Of a stretch of DNA of 64,000 nt, positions 1 to 12,405 are shown one piece after another. The stretch covers positions 322,937-386,936 of the forward strand of contig JBBDRP010000002.1 in assembly GCA_040905385.1 (NCBI GenBank), in the 5' to 3' direction. The notes beneath the pieces were generated by a model, which was not told the origin of the DNA, did not search any database, and saw nothing but the letters and a program-made list of their open reading frames with translations. The translations under genes were made by a program, and so were the position numbers. Each line of letters begins with the position of its first letter. The first letter of the stretch is position 1. Source of the stretch: Minisyncoccota bacterium. GTDB taxonomy: Bacteria > Patescibacteriota > Minisyncoccia > Phycocordibacterales > SW-6-46-9.

Positions 1-765
1 ACCGAACTCGACGATGCCAGTGACGGTTCCTTCAACAATTTCACCAACCTCGTGGCTTTCGACAATCTCGGTCTTGTCTTTATCAGTAGAGGTTTTTTCC
101 GAGAAGATCAGCTTCTTCTCCTTTGGATCAGCTGTGATGATGGCAACAGATAGTTGATCACCAATTATATCCTTGAGCTCGCCAAGAATTTTCTCCTTAT
201 CGCCACCCTCAACGCGAGGGTAGTGCTCGGGCTTTAACTGTGAGGCTGGTAGAAATCCGCGAATTCCTTCCCAGGCAAGTAACAAACCTCCCTTATTAGC
301 ATCGGTAACGGTGAGTTTGAAGACCTCGCCGCTTTCCATGGCTTTCTCAGCCTTGGCCCAGACGATGGCCTGTCGCGCCTCTTTCAGAGATAGTTCGACA
401 TAACCTTCTTCATTTTCGCTTTCTACAACCTTAGCAGAAATTGTATCTCCAATCGAAATGTTACGGATGATGTTGCGGGCATTAATAAATTCCCGACCGA
501 AGATAATTCCGGTACTGTGGGGAGGAAGGTCGACGTAGACACTAACGGTGTCAACGGCAACTACCTCACCCTCGACTATCTTTCCGACTTGGGGTCGTGT
601 AATCGATGACTCATACACAGCCTCCATGGGATTATCTCCCAGGTTGTCGGTATCCAGTTCGGGCATTGACTCCTCTTCATCATCCCCGCTATTGCGGGAT
701 TTTGTCTTGCTATCACTCGTCTCAACTTCTTCTGTGTCTTCTAAATCTTTATTTGTTGTTGGCAT
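1..765 (-). CDS. rpsA: 30S ribosomal protein S1 (multi-S1-domain protein). The N-terminus is at 765; the C-terminus runs off the window start.
   Basis: The minus-strand translation has repeated S1 RNA-binding domain motifs (GKIVEGEVVAVD, ISAKVVE...LSLKEA, GEIVEGTVTGIVEFG) with an acidic N-terminal tail. The ATG at 763-765 is the first in-frame start. The gene is absent from the ORF track because it is truncated by the window edge. Confidence 0.7.
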   Translation of the reverse strand, partial: MPTTNKDLEDTEEVETSDSKTKSRNSGDDEEESMPELDTDNLGDNPMEAVYESSITRPQVGKIVEGEVVAVDTVSVYVDLPPHSTGIIFGREFINARNIIRNISIGDTISAKVVESENEEGYVELSLKEARQAIVWAKAEKAMESGEVFKLTVTDANKGGLLLAWEGIRGFLPASQLKPEHYPRVEGGDKEKILGELKDIIGDQLSVAIITADPKEKKLIFSEKTSTDKDKTEIVESHEVGEIVEGTVTGIVEFG

Positions 766-963
766 AAAAAATAAGACAGTTGGCGGCTGCTGACCCCGTG
801 GCTATCGTAATTCTCGGTTAGCAGTTTTACACCGACTGTGGGTTTTTAATGTCTGGTAGGCGCGTGGCACGTTTCCAGCGGCTGCATTGTAGCGGATAGC
901 GACCGTTTCGTCCACCATTTTCTACTACCTGGGAATAGAAGGTGGAATGGATACTTGCATTTA

Positions 964-992
964 CCCACCTACTTAAAGTTTAAGTAGGTGGG
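964..992. promoter_or_regulatory. Perfect 14+14-bp palindrome (CCCACCTACTTAAA-g-TTTAAGTAGGTGGG) followed by TTTATT. Terminator- or attenuator-like hairpin in the rpoB leader.
   Basis: Read directly from the sequence. The U-tract lies on the plus strand only. Confidence 0.5.
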
Positions 993-1268
993 TTTATTCT
1001 CGAGCAAAGTGCCGGCAGACAAATAGATAAATATCCGTTTAGCGGATTGAGAGCTAAAAAAATTTCGAGAGATGTACACAAGTTTGACTATCAAGCAAAG
1101 CGAGTAAAATAAACACTTGTATTTATTTTCGAGCGCCGCGCCGATAGACAAATGAATAATTACCCGCGATAGCGGGGAAGCGGTTATTGACTGCCAAACG
1201 GAGCGAGTAGAATGAACGCTTGCATTTATTCTCGAGCAAAGTGCCGGCAGACAAATAGATAATTTTTC
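992..1268. repeat. Three spaced direct repeats (~45-bp core TTATTCTCGAGC..GCCGGCAGACAAATAGATAA) at 992-1036, 1120-1165 and 1224-1268. Each is preceded by a related GAGCGAGTARAATRAAC-RCTTGYATTTA segment.
   Basis: Read directly from the sequence. Copies 1 and 3 are near-identical; copy 2 is diverged. Confidence 0.65.
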
Positions 1269-1649
1269 TTTTAGCTTTAGCCTAAAAGAAAAGGAATGAA
1301 GAGTTTTCAGCTCTTCATTAAAAGGGAGTCCTTTATTATCTATTTGACAACAAACACTCGTGCGTATACACTAACCCTTGTAAGTTGTGTAGCAACATTT
1401 TTTCATACGCGACGAGTTAGCTTCACAATTTCACATTACAATCAAAATGTTCGTCTATTGTCGCACCGGCTTAGCTGGTGCGAGTCTTGTGCATTTATGT
1501 GCAAAATAAATGTACGCTACACAAAAAGTTAACTCTTCTTTCTGTTTCTAGTCATTATTATATCGCAGACCATCGATTGACTACCAGCAAAGAAACCATT
1601 CTCCTTTCTTTCCGCTGCTTTATCGGCAATAAAATTACCTCACAATCCC

Positions 1650-4600
1650 ATGGAACAAAAAGTTTTCTCTAAGCACCAAAAACCACTTGTAGATTATCCA
1701 AACTTTGTGCGCGACCAGCTTGAATCCTTTCAGTGGATAGTAGATGAAGGACTCGAAGAACTGTTTGCAGAATTCTCACCAATCGATGATCACTCAAATG
1801 AAAAGTTTTCATTTGAGTTTAAAAAGATCGAGCTTGGCGAACCGCAGGTAACCCCAGAGTACGCTCGTCAGAACGAGATGACTTACGCGGCACCACTGCG
1901 GGCCACAATAAAACTGACAAATAAATCTATCGGCTCTGAAAAGGAGCAGGAGATTTTTATGGCGGACTTTCCTCTAATGACCAACTATGGTTCCTTTATT
2001 GTGAACGGTATTGAGCGAGTGGTGGTTCCACAGTTGATCCGATCCTTTGGAGTGTTGTTTGTGACTAACGAAAAGCGTGGCAATGAGTATTTTGGAGCCA
2101 AGATCATTCCGGCTCGTGGGGCCTGGATTGAGATTGAGAGTGATCACGAGAATGTTGTCAGTGTTCGTATTGACCGCAAGCGCAAGCTGCCGGTTACAAC
2201 GCTGTTGCGGGTACTCGGAGCTGCAACGACTGAGGAAATAGAAGAGCTCTTTGCAGATGATGAAGAGGCGATGCGGTACATTAAGGCTACGCTGGCCGAT
2301 GATTCATCCGAGAATGAAGAGGATGCCTATGTAGCGGTGTACAAAAAGCTTCGCGAGGGGGACATTGTGTCCTACTCAAACGCCAAGGACTACATCGACT
2401 CACTCTTTACCGATGAGCGTTATGACATCTCTGATGTGGGTCGCTACCGCTTCAATGATCGTTTTGATAAGGGAATGGATGAAGAGTCGCTCTCTAAGCA
2501 GGTGATTGATCTTGATGACGTCGTCACAATTGTTAAGCACATTGCGAAGCTTAATAATGATGATGAAGCCAAGGCTGATGACATCGACCACCTCGGAAGT
2601 CGTCGTGTACGCTTTGTGGGAGAGACCCTTAAAAAGAAGATTCGTGTTGCGATGACACAGATGAAGCGTAACATTCAGGATCGCATGAGTACGGTTGATA
2701 TTGACACGACGCTGCCGGTTAAATTTCTCAGTCCGCGGCCACTACAGGCGCGACTAAAGGAATTTTACGCTACCAACCAGCTGTCGCAGTTTATGCATCA
2801 GGACAACATTCTGAACGAGATAGAACACCTGCGTACGCTGTCTGCTATGGGGCCAGGAGGTCTGAACCGTCAGCGAGCTGGATTCGAGGTTCGTGACGTT
2901 CACCCGTCTCACTACGGACGTGTCTGTCCGATTCATACACCTGAGGGTGCTAACATTGGGCTTATTCTGCGCCTGGCTACCCGAGCCCGCGTAAATCACT
3001 TCGGAATGGTGGAGACACCGTACGCGGTGGTTAAAAACGGTAAGGTGACCGACGAGATAAAGTATTTAAACGCGTTTGAGGAGGAGAAGTGTAACATTGC
3101 TCACGCTGCCATGGAGCGAGACAAGAAAGGAAAGATTGTTGACGAACGAGTGGAAGTTCGTCACCAAGGAAATCCACTGGAGGTGCTACGCGAGGAGGTG
3201 GACTACATTGACGTTGCGGCTGACCAGGCCTTCTCGATTGCGACCTCGATGATTCCGTTCTTGAATCACAACGATGCCAACCGTGCTCTGATGGGATCTA
3301 ATATGCAGAAACAAGCTACGCCGTGTATTGTGCCGGAGCGACCATTGGTCGCAACTGGTATTGAGGGACCGGCGGCTCGTAATACGGGGCGGGTTGTGTT
3401 GGCTCAGGCTGATGGTGAGGTTACTGAGGTTGACGGCAAGCACATTACGGTGAAGCGAAAGAATCCAAAGCGCGGTGAACCAAAGCAGGATGAGTATCCA
3501 TTATCTATATATGAAAGAACCAATGCTTTTACGGCCTTTCACCAGCGTCCGACCGTTAATCTCGGCGACAAGGTAAAGAAGGGTGATGTGCTGGCGGATA
3601 CGTCATCCAGTGAGGGTGGTCAGATGGCACTAGGGAAAAACGCTAAGGTTGCGTTTATGTCTTGGTACGGTGCCAACTACGAGGACGCGATTGTGATCTC
3701 GGAAAAGCTCGTGAAGGAAGGAACCTTCACCAGTGCACATATGGAGAAGTTTGATGTCAACGTACGTGATACGAAGCTAGGTCCTGAGGTAACCACGCAT
3801 GATATTCCGAACGTTTCCGAGGAAAAGCTATCCAATTTAGACGAAGATGGAATCATTCGCATCGGTGCCGAGGTTGAACCGGGCGATATTCTGGTTGGAA
3901 AGATTACCCCGAAGGGTGAGTCACAGCTGACACCAGAGGAGCGACTTCTCCGTTCTATTTTTGGAGAGAAGGCACGTGATGTAAAGGACTCATCCAAGCG
4001 AATGGAACAGGGCAAGAAAGGACGTGTTGTAGGAGTGAAGGTTTTCTCCCGCGAGAATGGTGACGAGCTAGAGAGTGGTGTGCTGAAGCGTGTCGTGGTT
4101 GAAGTTGCACAGCTACGGCCACTTCGGGTTGGTGACAAGCTGGCTGGACGGCACGGAAACAAGGGAGTCATCTCGATGATTCTTCCGGAAGAGGAGATGC
4201 CATACGACGCTAATGGTGAGCCGGTAGAAATTCTGCTGACACCACTCGGTGTACCAAGCCGTATGAACCTCGGACAGATTTTCGAGCTTCACCTCGGACT
4301 GGCCGCGAAGGATCTTGGTTACCAGGCGATTGTTCCGCCATTTATGGGAGCCACCAGCGAAGAGATTCGTAATGAGCTTGAGAAGGCTGGTTACCCACGC
4401 AGTGGAAAGGTAAAACTGTACGACGGCCGGACTGGAGACGCCTTTGAGCAGGATGTTGCAGTTGGGTATATGTATATTTTGAAGCTTCACCATATGGTGG
4501 AGGACAAGCTACACTCTCGCTCGATTGGTCCGTACTCACTGATTACACAGCAGCCACTGGGTGGTCGAGCACAGAATGGTGGTCAACGATTTGGAGAGAT

Positions 4601-4826
4601 GGAGGTCTGGGCACTCTTGGGCTATGGTGCAGCCTACACACTTCGGGAGGTGCTGACTATTAAGTCTGATGACATTCTTGGCCGCTCAAGTGCCTTTGAT
4701 GCCATCATCCAGGGTAAGCCGATCGAGCACATGAATACACCTGCCTCATTTAACGTACTGCTTAATAACCTACGCGCTCTGGCGCTGGATGTTGAGGTCA
4801 AGCTTGATAGTGAAGCCAAAGCTTAA
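1650..4826 (+). CDS. rpoB: DNA-directed RNA polymerase beta subunit
   Basis: 1058 aa. Conserved RpoB blocks (GSNMQ.QA.P, NYEDAIVIS, rif-cluster region). Confidence 0.97.
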   Translation: MEQKVFSKHQKPLVDYPNFVRDQLESFQWIVDEGLEELFAEFSPIDDHSNEKFSFEFKKIELGEPQVTPEYARQNEMTYAAPLRATIKLTNKSIGSEKEQEIFMADFPLMTNYGSFIVNGIERVVVPQLIRSFGVLFVTNEKRGNEYFGAKIIPARGAWIEIESDHENVVSVRIDRKRKLPVTTLLRVLGAATTEEIEELFADDEEAMRYIKATLADDSSENEEDAYVAVYKKLREGDIVSYSNAKDYIDSLFTDERYDISDVGRYRFNDRFDKGMDEESLSKQVIDLDDVVTIVKHIAKLNNDDEAKADDIDHLGSRRVRFVGETLKKKIRVAMTQMKRNIQDRMSTVDIDTTLPVKFLSPRPLQARLKEFYATNQLSQFMHQDNILNEIEHLRTLSAMGPGGLNRQRAGFEVRDVHPSHYGRVCPIHTPEGANIGLILRLATRARVNHFGMVETPYAVVKNGKVTDEIKYLNAFEEEKCNIAHAAMERDKKGKIVDERVEVRHQGNPLEVLREEVDYIDVAADQAFSIATSMIPFLNHNDANRALMGSNMQKQATPCIVPERPLVATGIEGPAARNTGRVVLAQADGEVTEVDGKHITVKRKNPKRGEPKQDEYPLSIYERTNAFTAFHQRPTVNLGDKVKKGDVLADTSSSEGGQMALGKNAKVAFMSWYGANYEDAIVISEKLVKEGTFTSAHMEKFDVNVRDTKLGPEVTTHDIPNVSEEKLSNLDEDGIIRIGAEVEPGDILVGKITPKGESQLTPEERLLRSIFGEKARDVKDSSKRMEQGKKGRVVGVKVFSRENGDELESGVLKRVVVEVAQLRPLRVGDKLAGRHGNKGVISMILPEEEMPYDANGEPVEILLTPLGVPSRMNLGQIFELHLGLAAKDLGYQAIVPPFMGATSEEIRNELEKAGYPRSGKVKLYDGRTGDAFEQDVAVGYMYILKLHHMVEDKLHSRSIGPYSLITQQPLGGRAQNGGQRFGEMEVWALLGYGAAYTLREVLTIKSDDILGRSSAFDAIIQGKPIEHMNTPASFNVLLNNLRALALDVEVKLDSEAKA

Positions 4827-4850
4827 GAAATTAAATTAATACATATTATT

Positions 4851-8525
<3,675 letters not shown>

Positions 8526-8565
8526 TCTCGGTATTTAATCGGATACGTGTAACCTAGCAGTCACA

Positions 8566-10314
8566 ATGGCCTCGGATGTAGAAACAATCAAAGAGCGCCT
8601 TGCCATCGAGGAAGTGGTGGGTTCATACGTTGAACTGAAGCAGTCAGGAAAGTATCTTACCGCCAAATCACCCTTCACAAATGAAAAGACGCCGTCGTTC
8701 TACGTCTCTCCGGACAAGGGACTGTTTCACTGCTTTTCAAGCGGTAAGGGAGGAGATGTCTTTACCTTTATCCAGGAGATGGAGGGCGTTGAGTTTCGGG
8801 AGGCATTGAAGCTCCTGGCAGACCGAGCTGGGGTGACGCTTTCTGGCGGTAGTGGTGATTCTGGTCGCAAGCAGCGTCTGCGCGACATCATGGCCGCGGC
8901 TCGAGATTTTTACGTAGCCCATCTCAAGCAGCAGAACGAGGCCAAGGAGTATCTGAAAAGTCGCGGTGTGACCGGAAAGACGGCCGCCACTTTTTCTCTG
9001 GGACAGGCTCCGGATGACTGGCGACAGCTGACTACACATCTGGAATCCGAGGGCTTCAAGACCGCCGACATTATTGAGGCTGGCCTTGCCAAGCAGCCCG
9101 ATGCGAATAAGTCGCCCTACGATCGCTTCCGTCACCGTCTGATGTTTCCGATGAATGATCCGGCCGGCCGGACGGTAGCCTTTTCTGGCCGTCGCCTGCG
9201 CGAAGAGGACAATGCCAAGTACATTAACTCGCCGGAGACACCACTGTTTCGTAAAAAGGAGGTTCTGTATGGATTCAATCAGGCCAAGGACGCACTACGC
9301 GATCAGGATGCCGCGATTCTGGTAGAGGGACAGCTTGATCTGGTACTGGCACACCAGGCTGGTTTCCAGAATGCCGTTGCTGTGTCTGGTACTGCTATTA
9401 CGAAAAAGCACTTGTCCCTTATCAGTCGGTTTACAGACAATCTTATCTTTGCGCTGGATACCGATCGGGCTGGCCGAGACGCAACGCTTAAGTCAGCTCG
9501 ATTAGCCCTGACTGAGAACATGAAGCCGAAGGTGGTGGATATGCCGACCGACAGCGACCCAGCTGATATCATTACTGGAGAAGGTAAGGAGGTATTTTCC
9601 AAGCTAGTAGCCGAAGCTCATGACGTGATCGATGCAGTGCTTGGGTGGGCAGAGGCTGAAACGGATACTCGAGAGGAGTATCTCGACATGGTCCAGCAGC
9701 AGGTGTTTCCGCTGCTGCGAAGTATTGAAAACAAAATAAATCAGGATCACTTTATTTCCCGTGTGGCTCAGATGTCCGATATTCGCGAAGAGACGTTACG
9801 TAATGAACTAGCAAAAACGATGTCAGAAAAACAGTCTTCACAATCAGGTATCCCTCAGGCTAAAGAGCAGTCGCCGCTGGCAGCTGCCAAGGAGAATGAC
9901 CGCCTGACTCCTGATGAGCAGAAGCACGAGATCCATAAGCAACTGCGAGCTTTCTGCGAGTGGCAGTCGCAGCAGAAGCAGTCGGTTGTAGATATCAATG
10001 AGACTAAAACCCGGATTGGTGAGATTGTAGCGTATGATATGAATGACGGCTTTGAAGACGTAGAGATTACTGAGGATCAGGTAATGGCGCTTGATATTGC
10101 CTACAATGAAGCTGCGGATAAGATTATCCGCCGTGACTTAGAAGAGCTGCTGCTTCATTTTGAGGCCCGAATTTTACAGGATACGTATGAACAGGCCAGC
10201 CGGCAGGTGAAGCGCGAAGAGGATAAGGAGAAGAAGAAGGAGCTTCTGGAGAAGTGTCAGCGCATCTCTCGGCGAATCCATGAGATACGCGAGACGGTAC
10301 GTGATCTTATATAG
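8566..10314 (+). CDS. dnaG: DNA primase with a degenerate N-terminal zinc-binding domain
   Basis: The NEKTPSF primase motif and TOPRIM region (EGQLDLV, DTDRAGR) are present. The CHC2 zinc ligands are mostly replaced (SPFTNEK...HCFSSG). Confidence 0.9.
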   Translation: MASDVETIKERLAIEEVVGSYVELKQSGKYLTAKSPFTNEKTPSFYVSPDKGLFHCFSSGKGGDVFTFIQEMEGVEFREALKLLADRAGVTLSGGSGDSGRKQRLRDIMAAARDFYVAHLKQQNEAKEYLKSRGVTGKTAATFSLGQAPDDWRQLTTHLESEGFKTADIIEAGLAKQPDANKSPYDRFRHRLMFPMNDPAGRTVAFSGRRLREEDNAKYINSPETPLFRKKEVLYGFNQAKDALRDQDAAILVEGQLDLVLAHQAGFQNAVAVSGTAITKKHLSLISRFTDNLIFALDTDRAGRDATLKSARLALTENMKPKVVDMPTDSDPADIITGEGKEVFSKLVAEAHDVIDAVLGWAEAETDTREEYLDMVQQQVFPLLRSIENKINQDHFISRVAQMSDIREETLRNELAKTMSEKQSSQSGIPQAKEQSPLAAAKENDRLTPDEQKHEIHKQLRAFCEWQSQQKQSVVDINETKTRIGEIVAYDMNDGFEDVEITEDQVMALDIAYNEAADKIIRRDLEELLLHFEARILQDTYEQASRQVKREEDKEKKKELLEKCQRISRRIHEIRETVRDLI

Positions 10315-10349
10315 TGAGATAGTAGATAATTTCTTAATAAATTTTTACA

Positions 10350-11468
10350 ATGCCTCGATCAAAACCAAAAGAAGAAAATAGAGAGTTCGACCTCACTGAG
10401 GAAGAACGTCACGTGCAGGATAAGGTAAAAAACCTTACCTCTACCGGGCAGCAGCGTGGGTTTGTTACTCATGAACAGATACTTAAAAACTTTCCGTTCA
10501 TTGAGGATGACATTGACTTTCTTGAGGAGCTTTTAGATAAATTTGATAATGCCGACATCGACGTTCGCAAGGAGGCTGGTCTTTTTGATATTGAGGATAA
10601 CAGTGACAAGAATGTCTACCGACGTGGTAGTGCTGCTAGTTTTGATTCGGTGCAGCAGTACCTGAAGGAGATTGGAAAGTACAATCTGATTGATGCTCAG
10701 ATGGAGAAAGACCTGGCCAAGCGAATTCAGGCTGGTGATGATGAGGCAAAGAATATTCTGGCCCGAGCGAATCTGCGGCTGGTGGTATCGATTGCCAAAC
10801 GCTACGCCTCGCGTTCTTCTAATCTGTCGCTTCTGGATCTGATTCAGGAAGGGAACATCGGTCTCTTCAAGGCCGTAGATAAGTTTGACTGGACACGTGG
10901 TTTCAAGTTCTCGACGTACGCTACCTGGTGGATTCGCCAGGCAATCACGCGAGCCTTGGCAGATCAGTCACGGACAATTCGTATTCCGGTACACATGGTG
11001 GAGACCATCTCCAAGTACAAGCGCATTACGCGCCAGCTTAGTCAGGACTTGGGCCGGGATCCTCTTCCGGAGGAGATTGCGGTGGAGATGGGGATCGAGC
11101 TGGAGAAGGTGCTGCAGATTCAGAAGATTCGCCAGAATACCGTATCACTCGAGACACCGGTTGGTGACGAGGGTGATGACCGCTCCACATTCGGTGACTT
11201 TATTCCCGATGAGGAGCTGGATGATCCCGACAAGGAGACGTCACACCGCATTCTTTCCGAGCAGCTTGAGGAGGTGCTGAGTGAACTGACAGATAAAGAA
11301 CGACGTATTCTCGAGCTACGTAGTGGATTGATCGGTGGTGTCAGCCATACGCTGGAAGAGGTAGGGAAGGAGTTTGATGTCACCCGTGAACGTATTCGTC
11401 AGATTGAGGCCAAGGCGCACGAGAAGATTCGCCAGAATGAGAAGGCGCCGCGGCTTGAAAACTACTAA
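10350..11468 (+). CDS. rpoD: Primary RNA polymerase sigma factor (sigma-70 family)
   Basis: Region 2 ([39 protein letters not shown]) and region 4 HTH ([20 protein letters not shown]). Confidence 0.93.
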   Translation: MPRSKPKEENREFDLTEEERHVQDKVKNLTSTGQQRGFVTHEQILKNFPFIEDDIDFLEELLDKFDNADIDVRKEAGLFDIEDNSDKNVYRRGSAASFDSVQQYLKEIGKYNLIDAQMEKDLAKRIQAGDDEAKNILARANLRLVVSIAKRYASRSSNLSLLDLIQEGNIGLFKAVDKFDWTRGFKFSTYATWWIRQAITRALADQSRTIRIPVHMVETISKYKRITRQLSQDLGRDPLPEEIAVEMGIELEKVLQIQKIRQNTVSLETPVGDEGDDRSTFGDFIPDEELDDPDKETSHRILSEQLEEVLSELTDKERRILELRSGLIGGVSHTLEEVGKEFDVTRERIRQIEAKAHEKIRQNEKAPRLENY

Positions 11469-11491
11469 TAAGAATCTATTGCGTCTTTTAA

Positions 11492-11656
11492 GGTGCGTAC
11501 ATTCTTGCGCACTTGAGTGCTTCGGGAAAATGACCGTCTCCTCGACGGCCATTTTTGTGGTTGAACTATCTACAGCAGACAGTGATGTTCGTGCATTCGT
11601 GCCCACATGAGTGGTTGGATTAATTAATGTTTCGATAGATAAGAATCCGAGTTTAG
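11492..11656 (-). repeat. Copy A of intergenic repeat family R1 (inverted relative to copies B and C)
   Basis: The reverse complement contains GGATTCTTATCTATCGAAA..ATTAATTAATCCAAC and ..CAAGTGCGCAAGAATGTACGCA. Both are shared with 15850-16006 and, for the first, with 19590-19760. Confidence 0.6.
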
Positions 11657-11885
11657 AAAGTCGCTCAGCACTCCGCAAGTCGAAGCGCTGAGCTTATACT
11701 GACAGACCATGCCCGCTCGCCCTGTGAAGCCCGAACAAAACAGGGGTGCTCACTCGGTTGTTCATGTCTATACTTTAGTTTCGTTGATAAGTTTTTAGTA
11801 AGGAAGTACGTTATTTTAACAAAAGCGCAGATTAAATCATATATGGTTTATTTTGGCGATATATTGGGAAAATAGCATTTAGTAC

Positions 11886-11913
11886 TTGACAAATGTATAT
11901 TTAGCAGTACTAT
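11886..11913 (+). promoter_or_regulatory. Sigma-70-like promoter (TTGACA, 16-bp spacer, TACTAT) for the small gene at 11957
   Basis: Read directly from the sequence. Lies in an AT-rich segment. Confidence 0.45.
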
Positions 11914-11956
11914 ATATTCAGAAGTTGCGTTAATATCAAACAAAAAAGGGGTCACG

Positions 11957-12334
11957 ATGTCCAATCTAGATAAATGTCCAAATTGCGGTTGCGATTTGGA
12001 GGAAGAACAGAAGAAGATAGAGAAAAAAATCGATCAGATAATCGAAGAAGAACACGGGGAAGCATTAAAAGGACCGAGGAAAAGATCTAAGTCGATCACC
12101 TTTTTTTCTGGCCTTTTAGTAGGTCTCGTTTTAGGAGCTTTAATAGCTGGTTTACTTGTAGTTACATTGTTGAAGTTAGGTGTTAATAACGGTGCTATAC
12201 TTGGCTTTATCGGTATCTCAGTCAATGCATTGATTGCGTATAACTGTGGTATATATATTTCAAGTTCTGCCATACCAAAAGAAGAACGGTACTTACGAAA
12301 GAAGCTCAGAACCGAAATAGAAAATAAATTGTAA
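11957..12334 (+). CDS. Small hypothetical protein with an N-terminal CxxC zinc ribbon and two transmembrane helices. Low-GC gene.
   Basis: 125 aa (MSNLDKCPNCGCDL.., hydrophobic LLVGLVLGALIAGLLVV). Markedly more AT-rich than its neighbours. Has its own promoter and terminator. Confidence 0.55.
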   Translation: MSNLDKCPNCGCDLEEEQKKIEKKIDQIIEEEHGEALKGPRKRSKSITFFSGLLVGLVLGALIAGLLVVTLLKLGVNNGAILGFIGISVNALIAYNCGIYISSSAIPKEERYLRKKLRTEIENKL

Positions 12335-12340
12335 CCTAAT

Positions 12341-12371
12341 AAGACCAGGTTTTTGCAGTCTGGTCTTTTTT
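12341..12371 (+). terminator. Rho-independent terminator (AAGACCAG..CTGGTCTT plus T-run)
   Basis: 8-bp stem followed by TTTTTT. Confidence 0.6.
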
Positions 12372-12377
12372 AATACC

Positions 12378-12391
12378 TGCATACTGAAGCT
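12378..12391 (+). promoter_or_regulatory. Extended -10 element (TGtTATAAT) ending 14 nt before the ATG at 12406, which suggests a leaderless helicase mRNA
   Basis: Read directly from the sequence. There is no room for a Shine-Dalgarno sequence. Confidence 0.4.
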
Positions 12392-12405
12392 GTTATAATG
12401 GCGGT

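Noticed and set aside
548-793. 81-aa plus-strand ORF in the ORF track
   Set aside because: It lies antisense to, and wholly inside, the S1-domain gene on the minus strand. Its product is Ser-rich and low-complexity with no motifs.
1296-1672. Two small plus-strand ORFs (78 and 64 aa) in the rpoB leader
   Set aside because: They overlap the repeat and leader region, have no ribosome-binding context or motifs, and are better explained as non-coding leader sequence.
10885-11280. 131-aa plus-strand ORF overlapping rpoD in another frame
   Set aside because: It lies out of frame within a strongly supported sigma-70 reading frame. Its product is Arg/Trp-rich nonsense.
11469-11956. Candidate tmRNA, RNase P, SRP or 6S RNA in the rpoD-downstream spacer
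   Set aside because: No hallmark motif was found (tmRNA tRNA-like 3' end, RNase P GGAAAGUCCGG, SRP domain IV). Most of the spacer is explained by R1 repeat copy A and an AT-rich promoter.
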